NCBI GenBank assembly: GCA_036011265.1
Contig: DASCNB010000008.1
Span: forward strand, 1-44,072
Direction: 5' to 3'
DNA length: 44,072 nt
Source of the DNA: Nitrospinota bacterium
Lineage (GTDB): Bacteria; Nitrospinota; Nitrospinia; CAJXCL01
This document shows positions 20,601 through 29,365 of this stretch, in pieces. The stretch's first letter is position 1. The number at the start of each line of letters is the position of its first letter. The notes under the pieces were generated by a model. The model saw only the letters and a list, made by a program, of their open reading frames with translations. It was not told where the DNA came from and ran no database searches. Made by a program: the position numbers and the translations under genes.

Positions 20601-21053
20601 CCCAACTGTTGATCTTTCCCAGGAATCTGTTCCTCCCGGAATTTTATGGGTAATAATTGGATTGCCGTTGACTCGAACTTCCTCAGAATATGAACTTTCT
20701 GACTTGTTCTTTGCCCATAGTCTTAGCTGAAAGTAATAAGTATTATTTTTTTTGATAAATACTTTTACTATAGATTTTTCACCTTTAACAAAGACCTTTT
20801 TGTAATCCTTTGGATTCTTTAAGATTTTCCATCCTTCTTTCAGATCTAAATTTGAATTTTCATCATCGAACTGAAAGATTGTCAGCTCTCTTTCGAAATT
20901 ATTATATATGCTGTTTTTTGTTATAAAAAACAATGAACACAGTAGTAAAAAAAAAATAGAGGAATAAATTTTAATTTTGAAAGGGTTCAATGTTCCAATA
21001 GTTCTTTTGAGGTGAGTTATTGTACTAATAATTTTCCCCCGCCACTTCTTCAC
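17676..21053 (-). CDS. Giant YfhO-like GT-C membrane glycosyltransferase (copy 2, paralog of 13907..17239)
   Basis: 1125 aa with the same architecture and motifs (EFPLWNHLQSAGIPHFANMQSALLYPLNVF, GGHPET, SDNYFPGWKAFIDGERTKIYRANYTFRAVHIPGGSHEVTFKYDP). The GTG start overlaps the upstream gene by 29 nt, so the start is uncertain. Confidence 0.7.
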   Translation of the reverse strand: MKKWRGKIISTITHLKRTIGTLNPFKIKIYSSIFFLLLCSLFFITKNSIYNNFERELTIFQFDDENSNLDLKEGWKILKNPKDYKKVFVKGEKSIVKVFIKKNNTYYFQLRLWAKNKSESSYSEEVRVNGNPIITHKIPGGTDSWERSTVGFIVSAKKLRPGWNEFSFFHSISNPQIALEKIELLNHRGYSLGFFEAYILLDSAKYKLEVKKAHLFSLIKLISIILLYGLLFLLLFPIVMALSDYSIRIVRYYLLSVVAPLILFASLNLFSMISSYEIIFTERTLYNLLISSVVICHVIYISRHFTIYNFWRLFDHVDYAINYFAHIKILKKESVFIGTTLTILISVFFYRTIFFGEINSAAGILQHSPLFGFKNSNTNILWSDVLSQMEPWRLFSLRSLENGEFPLWNHLQSAGIPHFANMQSALLYPLNVFFSFFNMKIAGFLFYFMKLFLTGIFTYFYLKELDFHRYSSMIGAIAFAFCGYNICWLYWPVSSVTFFLPASLFLFERVFKANNWESIIKLFMVYSLLFVAALFGGHPETLFHIVFFTTSYFIFLLFSLNLEWKKRIIMFSFFVGFNFLGTLLSMVQLLPFLEYLSISEVFLSRSVEMGSGKGSVFFAFITNIIPDFYGNQTFGNIVPYYASPTNYNELGGGYIGLFMLVLAFVGVKYFTKDRKMGFLLIMLLIFCSVAYRISPISNIFEGLPLFKIATNIRMQFLIGFILVVLGCKTFDGYYFKNEELKGSELIKAFAFIALIVAYCWFLTWKSFLLIPDYGVDRDYLEITRTQIITVLVWLLTFICVRWLILNGKKHRYKNVILVMIPLFIFLETGIHGIFYVPTVKNKNFYPENHLINKIKSENSDYYRSTAIGVYFPPNVNVAYSIPDIRNYDAINILRYKEFINYMFDSKRKNFHEINDVNSTLLNLMGVKYIITDSQEMQENYKLVMENSEKNIFLFANSTVFKRAHIAKKYTVIKNDLKILESIKNKKLDLSKEVILEEYPPANFSNPLNNEDHAAQTTITTYKSNLVRIKTNSEKQGFLVLSDNYFPGWKAFIDGERTKIYRANYTFRAVHIPGGSHEVTFKYDPLSFKIGLYITIFSLLLLSAVFAYVTLKGKKEEKIISYKKMD
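17711..18704. repeat. Second copy of the ~1-kb near-identical block (see 13921..14914)
   Basis: Same evidence as for the first copy. Confidence 0.9.
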
Positions 21054-23136
21054 TTGCCAGGGCTATGAATGTTAAATCCCCTTTTTCAGGGAGATGGTTT
21101 CTCATGAATGTTCCGTCTTCATATTTATCACTGGAGGACATCCATGCGGTAAAAGCGTCACCTTGTGCTGCACCGGGAGATTCTAAGTAAAAGTAGTATT
21201 TCTTTCCCCTGGAATCTCGTATATGCGGAAAACCGATAGAATGCCATGAGTTATCTTTAATTTTTGAAGCAGGTAGAACGACTTTAACAATATCTTCGCT
21301 GCTATCTTCAGCATTTCTAAGATGAAATATTATTTCTTGCGAAATCCGGCGATTATAAGAAGCGATAAAAACTTTAATTACAGAAAGATGATTGACGTCA
21401 GAAATGAATGTTTGTCCAATAATATTATTTTTTGTAATCTCACCAACAGTAGTTTCATGCTCAATCTGCTCAGCAGTTCTGACTAAATTAGGTAATATTA
21501 CTTTATAAACTTCGAAGTGCTCAAGAGGATTATCATCAAACCAAAAGGGCAAAAGGCCGAATCCATGGGAGTAAAACCCGGCGTTAGATTTTACACTTAA
21601 GACTTTTAATTTTTCCCTGCTATCTATTCTGAAATCTTTTTCAAAATTTAACAATATATCCCGTTTATCTAAATCCATTGGGACGTTAAGTTCCGGTTTG
21701 ATTATTAAATCGTTCTTTTTTAATTTGGAATCAAAGGTCAGATATTTATATCCTTCTTCAGTCATATAATGTCTAAAACCCCATTCCCCGGTAAACCAGA
21801 TAGTTCCAACTGAAGAAACTTTATTTTTCACATCCCGAGCAAAGGATTTATATGAATTGGCATAATTATAGTCCGCTGTTGCAGTTCTTAGCGAAAAGAC
21901 AATCATTAGAAGTAAATACATATAAATTAGCTTATTAAATTTAATTTTGTTCGCAAGTAATATCAATAAAGGGGGTATCAACGGAAATAAATATCTGTTA
22001 GCGCCAAAAGGAGTAAACAGGATACATACTGCGAAAAAAAACAAAAACCAGATAGCCAAAAACAACGTGTCCTGTTTTTCCGGCCTCTTTTCTATGGAAT
22101 CGGTAAACTGATACAATATGCTTAGAATCATAAATATACCGAAGGCGAATGAAGCTAAAAGGACAATTTTCTGATTGATGGAGTAGCCGGCAAAAATAGA
22201 ATCATTAACCGATATGAACAGGATAAGTGAAAACGCAAAAGAGAATAAATATACGGGCATGAGGCGCTTTTGCCAACCGTAGACTATAAAAATTACGGGT
22301 GATAAAAATGAAAGTCCAAGGTTAGACAGATAATAAACTGTCTTTAGTTTAAGCGCTAACACTCTGTCTAATTCAAAAGGGAGCTTTTCGCTGAAGGGAT
22401 TCGGCAAGTCTCCCACGATGGCATAGTGATAAGCATACCAGAATAAAACAGGTAGAAGAGAAGCCGGCATAAAGAAAAAGTATTTTAGATTGTTTCTGTC
22501 CTTTAAGTAGGAATAAAGGAAAAAGAGAGGGTAAAAAACAATAGATTGATAAGATATGGCAATAGAAATGGAGAAAAGAATCATTGAAACTAATACTAAT
22601 TTACAGGATTTTTTATCCACCCCGGATATATAAAAAATAAAGCTGCCCATTAAAAAAGAGTAGAAACAGATATCAGTCATTATATTACTTGAGAGGACAA
22701 TAAATGGCGGGGTGAGAAGCAGCAGGAGAGATAGTATAAACGGTGATTTTGAAAACCTCAGAAAAAATAAATAAGTAAATACCGATACCGACGCTGGAAA
22801 AATTAAATATATAAGATGAAAAACTTTTTCATCCGGATTATCAAAAAGGTAGTAAATAATAAAATTAAGGGGCGGCAAACCTAAAGGAGAGTGTGATGAA
22901 TTCAAAGCATTTTCATATCGAATGCCGTAATAATAATAAGGTTTTAGATAATAGCTATTGATTCCATCAAAGTAAAACTTTCCGAGGTCGAGGAATAAAG
23001 GATCATCGATATGAAACGCTTTGTCGGCAAAAGGGATCAGCAAGAATATTGTAACAGCAGAAAGGATGGCCAGATGAAGGTAGATTAAATTTATTTTTTT
23101 GGGGTAGTCTAATAATAATTTAAGAGTTTCTGCCAT
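21025..23136 (-). CDS. GT-C-fold membrane glycosyltransferase (ArnT/PMT-like) with a ~230-aa C-terminal soluble domain
   Basis: 703 aa. An early loop FADKAFHIDDPLFLDLGKFYFDG follows TM1, and about 12 further TM helices follow. Its start lies 12 nt downstream of the stop of the upstream radical SAM gene. Confidence 0.55.
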   Translation of the reverse strand: MAETLKLLLDYPKKINLIYLHLAILSAVTIFLLIPFADKAFHIDDPLFLDLGKFYFDGINSYYLKPYYYYGIRYENALNSSHSPLGLPPLNFIIYYLFDNPDEKVFHLIYLIFPASVSVFTYLFFLRFSKSPFILSLLLLLTPPFIVLSSNIMTDICFYSFLMGSFIFYISGVDKKSCKLVLVSMILFSISIAISYQSIVFYPLFFLYSYLKDRNNLKYFFFMPASLLPVLFWYAYHYAIVGDLPNPFSEKLPFELDRVLALKLKTVYYLSNLGLSFLSPVIFIVYGWQKRLMPVYLFSFAFSLILFISVNDSIFAGYSINQKIVLLASFAFGIFMILSILYQFTDSIEKRPEKQDTLFLAIWFLFFFAVCILFTPFGANRYLFPLIPPLLILLANKIKFNKLIYMYLLLMIVFSLRTATADYNYANSYKSFARDVKNKVSSVGTIWFTGEWGFRHYMTEEGYKYLTFDSKLKKNDLIIKPELNVPMDLDKRDILLNFEKDFRIDSREKLKVLSVKSNAGFYSHGFGLLPFWFDDNPLEHFEVYKVILPNLVRTAEQIEHETTVGEITKNNIIGQTFISDVNHLSVIKVFIASYNRRISQEIIFHLRNAEDSSEDIVKVVLPASKIKDNSWHSIGFPHIRDSRGKKYYFYLESPGAAQGDAFTAWMSSSDKYEDGTFMRNHLPEKGDLTFIALASEEVAGENY

Positions 23137-23148
23137 ACATATGTTTAT

Positions 23149-24606
23149 TTAAATGTGCGGTTTGGATTTCAATAATTTAAAAAGTGTTAAAAATCCCATT
23201 GCCGCGATTCGAAAAGCAACTCTGGGAGAACGGATGCTTAATAGAGTTTTAATTAAATATTTCGGTCGTAAGTAAAATCTCCGCAGAGCCGTCCGGTATA
23301 AATTATTTAATTCACCAGGTGATAGGTGAGGGGATTTAACTCTGTATTCAAACAGTAATTCTTTATCGTGGATCAGCATATCACTTTCTTTAGCCATTTT
23401 ATGCAGCTCAGTTCCGTATAAAGGGTGTGCAAAATAAAAATCGGAAATACTTCCATCGAGCTTTATCGCAAAGTTTATTGTGTCATTGATCATGTCTTTC
23501 GTTTCCCAGGGAAACCCGATGATGTAGTAAAGATATGTTTTGATTTTATGATCCTTAAATATCTGAACAGCTTCTTCAGCCTGGACGAGCGATATGCCTT
23601 TTTTCATTTTGTCGAGAGTTTCCTGGTTCCCGGATTCTACTCCCAGGCTTACGGCGTAGCAGCCTGACTTTTTCATATTGAGCGCCATTTCTTTATCTAT
23701 AGTGTCTGCCCGGCTGTTGCAATACCAGTTTATCTTCAAATTTTTTTTTATAATTCTATCACATATTTCAAGCACCCATTTTTTATCGCACGTAAAGGTC
23801 TCGGCTCCCATAAAGAAATTTAATATGCCGAATTTCTTTACACATTCTTCAATTTCGTTGACAATATTTTTAGGAGAACGCTTTCTTAAAACCCGCCCGG
23901 CCCCCTGTATGGCTGAACAAAAAATACATTCAAAGGGACATCCAGATGAAGCCTGGATAACCGTGAAAGGCTCCATACTGTCGGGCCTGAGGTAAAGCTC
24001 CTTTTTCAGCAAATGCCTTGCGATAAAAGGCAAAGAGTCTAGCTCATTAACAAAATCCGCTTTAGGCGTTTTAACAATAGTGCCATTTTCTCTAAAACTA
24101 ATCCCAGTTATTTGACGCAGGTTTTCTTTTGATACAATGGTAATTAAAGAGCGATCTATTTCTCGCGTCATGAAAATATCCAGGTCATTGCATTTTTCCA
24201 TAGCGCCTTCATCATCATTTAAGGGAGCGCCTTTCATTATTGTTAAAATACTTTGATTATGTTTTTTTGCTATCCGACAGGCTTGAAAATCGTCATCTCT
24301 TGTTTTTAAAACTGTGCTGATATATAGAACATCAGGGTCAAATTGCTTAAAGTCTTTTTCGAGTTGCTCCCACCCTACGTTTTCAGCAGGATAATCAGAA
24401 ATACGGCATTGATATGAAGCTTCTTCTAAGATAGCTGCGGCAAGTCCCAATCTCAGGGGAGGTCGAATGACAGCAAACATGGTTTTCTCAATTGGAGACT
24501 GACACCTATCTTCCCTTACCCATAAGCCTGTTGGTGGAGTTATTAAAAAAACCTTTTTCATTATTTTCTGCTTCCCTGGTTGAAAATTAAGTTCCGAGGT
24601 TGACAA
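23149..24606 (-). CDS. Cobalamin-binding-domain radical SAM enzyme (class B-like), subtype 1
   Basis: The N-terminal Rossmann-like domain (VFLITPP...PPLRLGLAAAILEEASYQ) is followed by the radical SAM cluster motif SSGCPFECIFCSA and then LGVESGNQETLDKMKKG. It is the same subtype as the relic at 5508..6594. An alternative start is the ATG at 24561 (MKKVFLITPP). Confidence 0.8.
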   Translation of the reverse strand: MSTSELNFQPGKQKIMKKVFLITPPTGLWVREDRCQSPIEKTMFAVIRPPLRLGLAAAILEEASYQCRISDYPAENVGWEQLEKDFKQFDPDVLYISTVLKTRDDDFQACRIAKKHNQSILTIMKGAPLNDDEGAMEKCNDLDIFMTREIDRSLITIVSKENLRQITGISFRENGTIVKTPKADFVNELDSLPFIARHLLKKELYLRPDSMEPFTVIQASSGCPFECIFCSAIQGAGRVLRKRSPKNIVNEIEECVKKFGILNFFMGAETFTCDKKWVLEICDRIIKKNLKINWYCNSRADTIDKEMALNMKKSGCYAVSLGVESGNQETLDKMKKGISLVQAEEAVQIFKDHKIKTYLYYIIGFPWETKDMINDTINFAIKLDGSISDFYFAHPLYGTELHKMAKESDMLIHDKELLFEYRVKSPHLSPGELNNLYRTALRRFYLRPKYLIKTLLSIRSPRVAFRIAAMGFLTLFKLLKSKPHI

Positions 24607-26119
24607 AGTGGTTAATGTATTTTTTAACGAAAGAAAAAGTCAGTTCACCTCTTAAAGCTGCGGCTGTCCCTATTTGTCCTAAGCGGATCAGGTTCGCCAC
24701 GTTAGCAAAATAGTATAGCGCTTTGGGATTCTTTTTTAACCACTGGTTTTTGCTCAAATTCAAAATTAAGGATTTTGGAATAAAACTTTTGTCAATTAAG
24801 GAGGTAATGCATATCCAGAAAAATTCAGATTTTGGGCGAGGATAATCCTGGGTGAAAAATGATTGTGACAAGGCTTTATCTCCTTCTCCTTCCACGTCTT
24901 TTTCAGAAATAAGTTTTTCATTTAAAGCGCGCTCTGTTAATCGCGTTTTTGGAAAATGCATAAGGGAAAATAAATGAAAATGAATAGGACGTTTCAGTTT
25001 GAGCAAAAACTTAACGGCTTCTTCTCTGGTTGCTTCTGTTTCAAAAGGGTTATCAAAAATCAAATCAATTTTAGGCGTGACACCGTTTTTGTTTAATAAT
25101 TGAACTGCGGAATATACCGCCTTATCTGATTCCGGGCGATGAAATATTTTTTTTCTTACATAGGCCGAACCAGTCTGTAACCCAATTTGTACATGCTTCA
25201 AGCCAACTTTTTTTAAATGCTTAATAGATCCCTCAATAATTCCGAAGGGATGATAAAAACACCAAAAAGGAAGGTTAATTTCTTTTTGGTAGCGTTTGCT
25301 AAATTCTATGACCCAGTCAATATCACTGGCAAACTCATCATCTATGAATTGTATCATTCGAATGCCAGGAATCATTTTTTTTATGGCAACGAGCTCATCA
25401 ATAACACTGTCCGCGCTTCTTCGACGAATGTATCCTTTTTTGCCACCAGAAGCTTTCATGAAAAGGTTGTTAGAGCAGTATGTACACAAATACCTGCACC
25501 CCTTAGAAGTGATGGTTACATAAAGCCAAGGTGCTTCTCTAAATGGGTCTGTCTCTTTTATGGTATTTTCAGAAATAAAAAACTTCTTTTCATTAGAGTA
25601 GTCTGGAAAAGGAAGATTGCAAAAAGTATTATCAACCGGTTCTATTTTATTGGAAATAATTGAGCCATTTTTTTTAAACCAGAGGTTAGGGATTGTTGAG
25701 ATATCACTTTGCGAACCATTAAGTGAAGTCAACAATTTTTTTAGAGACATTTCCCCATCTCCCGCGCATACAAAATCCGCGGTTATAATAGACTCCTCTG
25801 GAAGGATAGTGGCATGAGCGCCACCCCATATAACAGGAGCATCGAGTTGACTCTTAATTATAATTGTGATCTCTTTTGCTATTTTTGAAAGAGCAGAACA
25901 GCCAACACTGATTCCTATGAGTCCCGGGTTTATTTTCTTTAAAATATTAATTAAAAAGTCTTTCTCTTTTGATGTCGGCTTTTCCACGTCATTAAAAAAC
26001 ATGTCTTTAAAAAATATTACACTTACGTCAAAACCTTGACTTCGCAAATATGAGGTTAAAAAGCGGACTCCTAAATTGCTGGTACTATAGAGAGAGATTA
26101 AAGCAAAGTTATTTTTCAT
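24587..26119 (-). CDS. Cobalamin-binding-domain radical SAM enzyme (class B-like), subtype 2
   Basis: VIWGGAHATILPEESIITADFVCAGDGEMS (B12-binding-like domain), radical SAM motif SKGCRYLCTYCSN, and IGLQTGSAYVRKKIF. Confidence 0.8.
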   Translation of the reverse strand: MKNNFALISLYSTSNLGVRFLTSYLRSQGFDVSVIFFKDMFFNDVEKPTSKEKDFLINILKKINPGLIGISVGCSALSKIAKEITIIIKSQLDAPVIWGGAHATILPEESIITADFVCAGDGEMSLKKLLTSLNGSQSDISTIPNLWFKKNGSIISNKIEPVDNTFCNLPFPDYSNEKKFFISENTIKETDPFREAPWLYVTITSKGCRYLCTYCSNNLFMKASGGKKGYIRRRSADSVIDELVAIKKMIPGIRMIQFIDDEFASDIDWVIEFSKRYQKEINLPFWCFYHPFGIIEGSIKHLKKVGLKHVQIGLQTGSAYVRKKIFHRPESDKAVYSAVQLLNKNGVTPKIDLIFDNPFETEATREEAVKFLLKLKRPIHFHLFSLMHFPKTRLTERALNEKLISEKDVEGEGDKALSQSFFTQDYPRPKSEFFWICITSLIDKSFIPKSLILNLSKNQWLKKNPKALYYFANVANLIRLGQIGTAAALRGELTFSFVKKYINHFVNLGT

Positions 26120-26250
26120 GAAATTAAGTCTAAACTGATCCTATAAATAGATTTCTATAAAAAATATTATAACAGCCAGTCATTCAATACCAACTATTAT
26201 ACAGCAACTTTTAAGTGATGATGCCCGCATAATTATACTCTGAGATTTTC

Positions 26251-26279
26251 TTGTAAATAAGAAAGATATTTTTTACACT
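26251..26279 (+). promoter_or_regulatory. Candidate promoter in the divergent 207-nt spacer (-35 TTGTAA, 17-nt spacer, -10 TACACT)
   Basis: Hexamers read directly, ending 48 nt upstream of the ATG at 26327. Confidence 0.25.
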
Positions 26280-26326
26280 GAATTAAGTAGTCATACAGTT
26301 GTTGCACGGCTTTACCATTAATAAAC

Positions 26327-27958
26327 ATGATTAGTAATGAAAAAGGACTCTCAAGTGTGAAAATTATCTTTATTTGTATAGGTTCCGATATTCAATCGAT
26401 AGGATTCAGGAAAATGGCCTCGTTAGCGAGGTCAATACATCCGCATGTTGAGGTGGGTTATATTGTAATTGCTAATCCCTATGCACATATTAATGTTTTC
26501 CAAAAGTCGGGGGAAGTTAAATTTGAGCTTTTGGAGAATGATCTTGAAAAAATCAGCGCCCATTTGGCAAAAGCTTATATGGTATGTTTTTCATCGATGA
26601 CTATGTATGCAAAACTTACAAAAGAAATTATCACTAAAATTCGCTCGGTAAATGAAAAGACCTTTATAGTATGGGGAGGGATACATCCCATTGTACACCC
26701 TGAAGACGCTATCCGAAGTGCTGACGCTATTTGTGTGGGGGAGGGCGAATCCGCTTTTAAAGAGTTTCTATTGAGCTTCAGGAATGGGAATGACTATACT
26801 GGGACGAGGAATTTCTGGTTTAACATAAAGGGTAAAGTCATTAAAAATAATTTTCTTTCCCTTCACAACGGGGAAGATATGAATAACTTTCCTCTTCCTC
26901 TCTATGCGGAAGATGAACTGGTATATGAACGCAATAAAGGTTTCATGCCGCTTGACTTTTCAAAATATATTTCATACAACTCACTTACCTACAACACTAT
27001 ATGGTCTATAGGATGCCCCTATAAGTGTATATACTGCAGTAATTCCAAATTTATTGAAAATGACGGAAACTACAGAAAAGTACGCTACCCTTCAGTCGAT
27101 TACGTAATATCGGAAATTAAAAGTGTTTTGAAAAAGCATGCTCATCTTTCAACAATCGTTTTTCACGACGATAGTTTTATGGCAATTCCTATTAATCAAT
27201 TAAGAGAGTTTGCTAAAAAGTGGAAAAATGAGATAGGACTTCCTTTCTGTGTTCTTGGCATTATTCCAAGTTTTGTTGAAAGAGATAAAATAGAACTGCT
27301 GATATGGGCTGGTATGTACCGAGTAAGAATGGGAATTCAAAGCGGCAGTAATCGTATTCTCAAATTTTACAAAAGGCCAAATAAACCGGGATTAATTGAA
27401 AGAGCCGCAGCAAGTATAAACGAGTTTGCAGATTATATGGTTCCACCAGGATATGATATTATTGTAGATTGTCCCATTGAAACCCGGGAAGATGTAATAG
27501 ATACATTAGATATGCTTTATAGACTGCCGCGACCTTATATATTAAATATTTTTGCACTAAGAGTAATTCCCAACACGGTTCTATCAAATGAACTATCAAA
27601 ACTTGGCGTGTCCCACCCAGGGATTGAAAGCAATGACTTTACGTACATAACACCAACCCTTGCCAATGTGATGGTTCATCTGTTGGCTGTATTGAGACCT
27701 CCAAAAAAGATGTATGAGTTTCTATTAAAATACATTAAGGTAAGTACTAAAGAACAATTGAAATATCCCCTGACTTTACACACTCTAAGATTAGTTATCT
27801 TGATTAAAGTGTTGATTTTCCGTATGCGCTTTATGGATTTTCCCGGGTTGCCGGGCAAAATGAACTTTTTGGTCTGGAAACTGGGGATCGTCAGATTCTG
27901 GCAAGTAAAAATCCTTAAAAGGTCCTCAAGAATTTTAGTCAAGTTAGATTCCCGATAA
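26327..27958 (+). CDS. Cobalamin-binding-domain radical SAM enzyme (class B-like), subtype 2 paralog
   Basis: IVWGGIHPIVHPEDAIRSADAICVGEGESA, radical SAM motif SIGCPYKCIYCSN, and MGIQSGSNRILKFYKR. It is clearly paralogous to 24587..26119 and divergently transcribed from it. Confidence 0.8.
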   Translation: MISNEKGLSSVKIIFICIGSDIQSIGFRKMASLARSIHPHVEVGYIVIANPYAHINVFQKSGEVKFELLENDLEKISAHLAKAYMVCFSSMTMYAKLTKEIITKIRSVNEKTFIVWGGIHPIVHPEDAIRSADAICVGEGESAFKEFLLSFRNGNDYTGTRNFWFNIKGKVIKNNFLSLHNGEDMNNFPLPLYAEDELVYERNKGFMPLDFSKYISYNSLTYNTIWSIGCPYKCIYCSNSKFIENDGNYRKVRYPSVDYVISEIKSVLKKHAHLSTIVFHDDSFMAIPINQLREFAKKWKNEIGLPFCVLGIIPSFVERDKIELLIWAGMYRVRMGIQSGSNRILKFYKRPNKPGLIERAAASINEFADYMVPPGYDIIVDCPIETREDVIDTLDMLYRLPRPYILNIFALRVIPNTVLSNELSKLGVSHPGIESNDFTYITPTLANVMVHLLAVLRPPKKMYEFLLKYIKVSTKEQLKYPLTLHTLRLVILIKVLIFRMRFMDFPGLPGKMNFLVWKLGIVRFWQVKILKRSSRILVKLDSR

Positions 27959-28031
27959 AAGCATCTGGGAATCTCAACATTGAAATTCCTAAGCATTTAT
28001 TAGTGCCTGATAGTCGGAAAAATTATCACTA

Positions 28032-29171
28032 TCATCCGTTTTTATGTATAAAATCTATAATGTCGCAGATTTGGTTGATATCTTTCTCTATAAGCTCTCC
28101 ATACAGAGGTAAACTGAGAACCTGTCCTGTTACTTTTTCTGCTACAGGTAAATTTGTTGCTGATGAAGAGGGAAGGTGCCGGTAACATTTAAATTGACTG
28201 CAAAGAGGGTAAAAATACTTGCGAGTGAAAATATTGTATTCTTTTAATTTGTCATACAAAATGTCACGGCTTATACCAAAATCTTTTTTATCTATTTTTA
28301 TTACAAAATTGTTGTAATTATGTTTAATGCTTGGGCGATCCTCTCTGAAACTAATACCAGACATACCTTCTAATCGTTTGCGATAGATAAGAGTTAATTG
28401 TTTTCTTCTGGATGATTCTTCATCTGCAAGGTCTAACATTAGTAAACCCATAGCTGCCTGCATTTCATTCATCTTGGCATTTACCCCGGGGACTATGACG
28501 GATTCTTCATCCTTAATGCCAAAGTTTTTTGACAACTCTAATCGATCTTTCAAGCTATTATCTTTATATGTCAGCGCCCCTCCTTCCATAGTATGGAATA
28601 TCTTTGTCGCGTGAAAACTGAACATTGAGGCGTCCCCGAAATTCCCAATCGGTTCATTATTAAATTCAACTGCAAAGCAATGCGCTGCGTCATAAATCAC
28701 ACGAAGCCCGTGACGATCTGCAATATCCTGAATTTCATCAACTTTACATGGGTGGCCAAATACATGAACAGGTAGTATCGCCGTGGTTTTAGGTGTAATC
28801 AATGATTCGATACATTCCGGATTAAGGTTAAAGCTATCCTCTTCGATATCACAAAATACGGGTGTGATCTTATTCCAAAAAAGTACATGGGAAGTAGCGG
28901 GAAAAGTAAAAGGAGTTGTGATAACTTCTCCTGATAACCTTAGTGCCTGACATGCTATTTGCAGTGCAAGTGTCCCGTTACAAAACAGGCTTATGTTTGG
29001 CGCTCCTAAGTATTTTTCTAATGCCAGTTCAAATAATTGATGCTGAGGTCCATTATTAGTCAACCAGTAGGATTCCCATATTTCATCAATTTTTCGGACC
29101 ATGTCATCGCGGGAAGGCAGCAGAGGACGGGTCACGTAAATAGGCGTGGTAAATGGTTCAAGATTTTTCAT
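28032..29171 (-). CDS. DegT/DnrJ/EryC1/StrS-family PLP-dependent sugar aminotransferase
   Basis: 379 aa. It has the FSFHATKIFHTMEGG lysine motif and N-terminal IYVTRPLLP...W.....LTNNGP, as in ArnB/WecE/QdtB-type enzymes. Confidence 0.85.
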   Translation of the reverse strand: MKNLEPFTTPIYVTRPLLPSRDDMVRKIDEIWESYWLTNNGPQHQLFELALEKYLGAPNISLFCNGTLALQIACQALRLSGEVITTPFTFPATSHVLFWNKITPVFCDIEEDSFNLNPECIESLITPKTTAILPVHVFGHPCKVDEIQDIADRHGLRVIYDAAHCFAVEFNNEPIGNFGDASMFSFHATKIFHTMEGGALTYKDNSLKDRLELSKNFGIKDEESVIVPGVNAKMNEMQAAMGLLMLDLADEESSRRKQLTLIYRKRLEGMSGISFREDRPSIKHNYNNFVIKIDKKDFGISRDILYDKLKEYNIFTRKYFYPLCSQFKCYRHLPSSSATNLPVAEKVTGQVLSLPLYGELIEKDINQICDIIDFIHKNG

Positions 29172-29365
29172 AACTGTGTTTCAACCCTGCTTTTTACGTT
29201 TAAATATTTGTCTCACTATTTCGGAAATAGTAATAAATATACTCAAGGTTTTACAATATTATAATAATTAAAATTTCTTTTTGCGGTCAATCCTTGATTG
29301 GAGATACGTACTTTGTTATGTTGGTTTATCTTACCAGAATAACCTTATAAAAATAAATTAGAAAT

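Noticed and set aside
27968-27989. Hairpin ggaatctca-acat-tgaaattcc between the convergent radical SAM and DegT genes, considered as a bidirectional terminator.
   Set aside because: The stem has a mismatch, is AT-rich and lacks a flanking U-tract on either strand, so it is not convincing as an intrinsic terminator.
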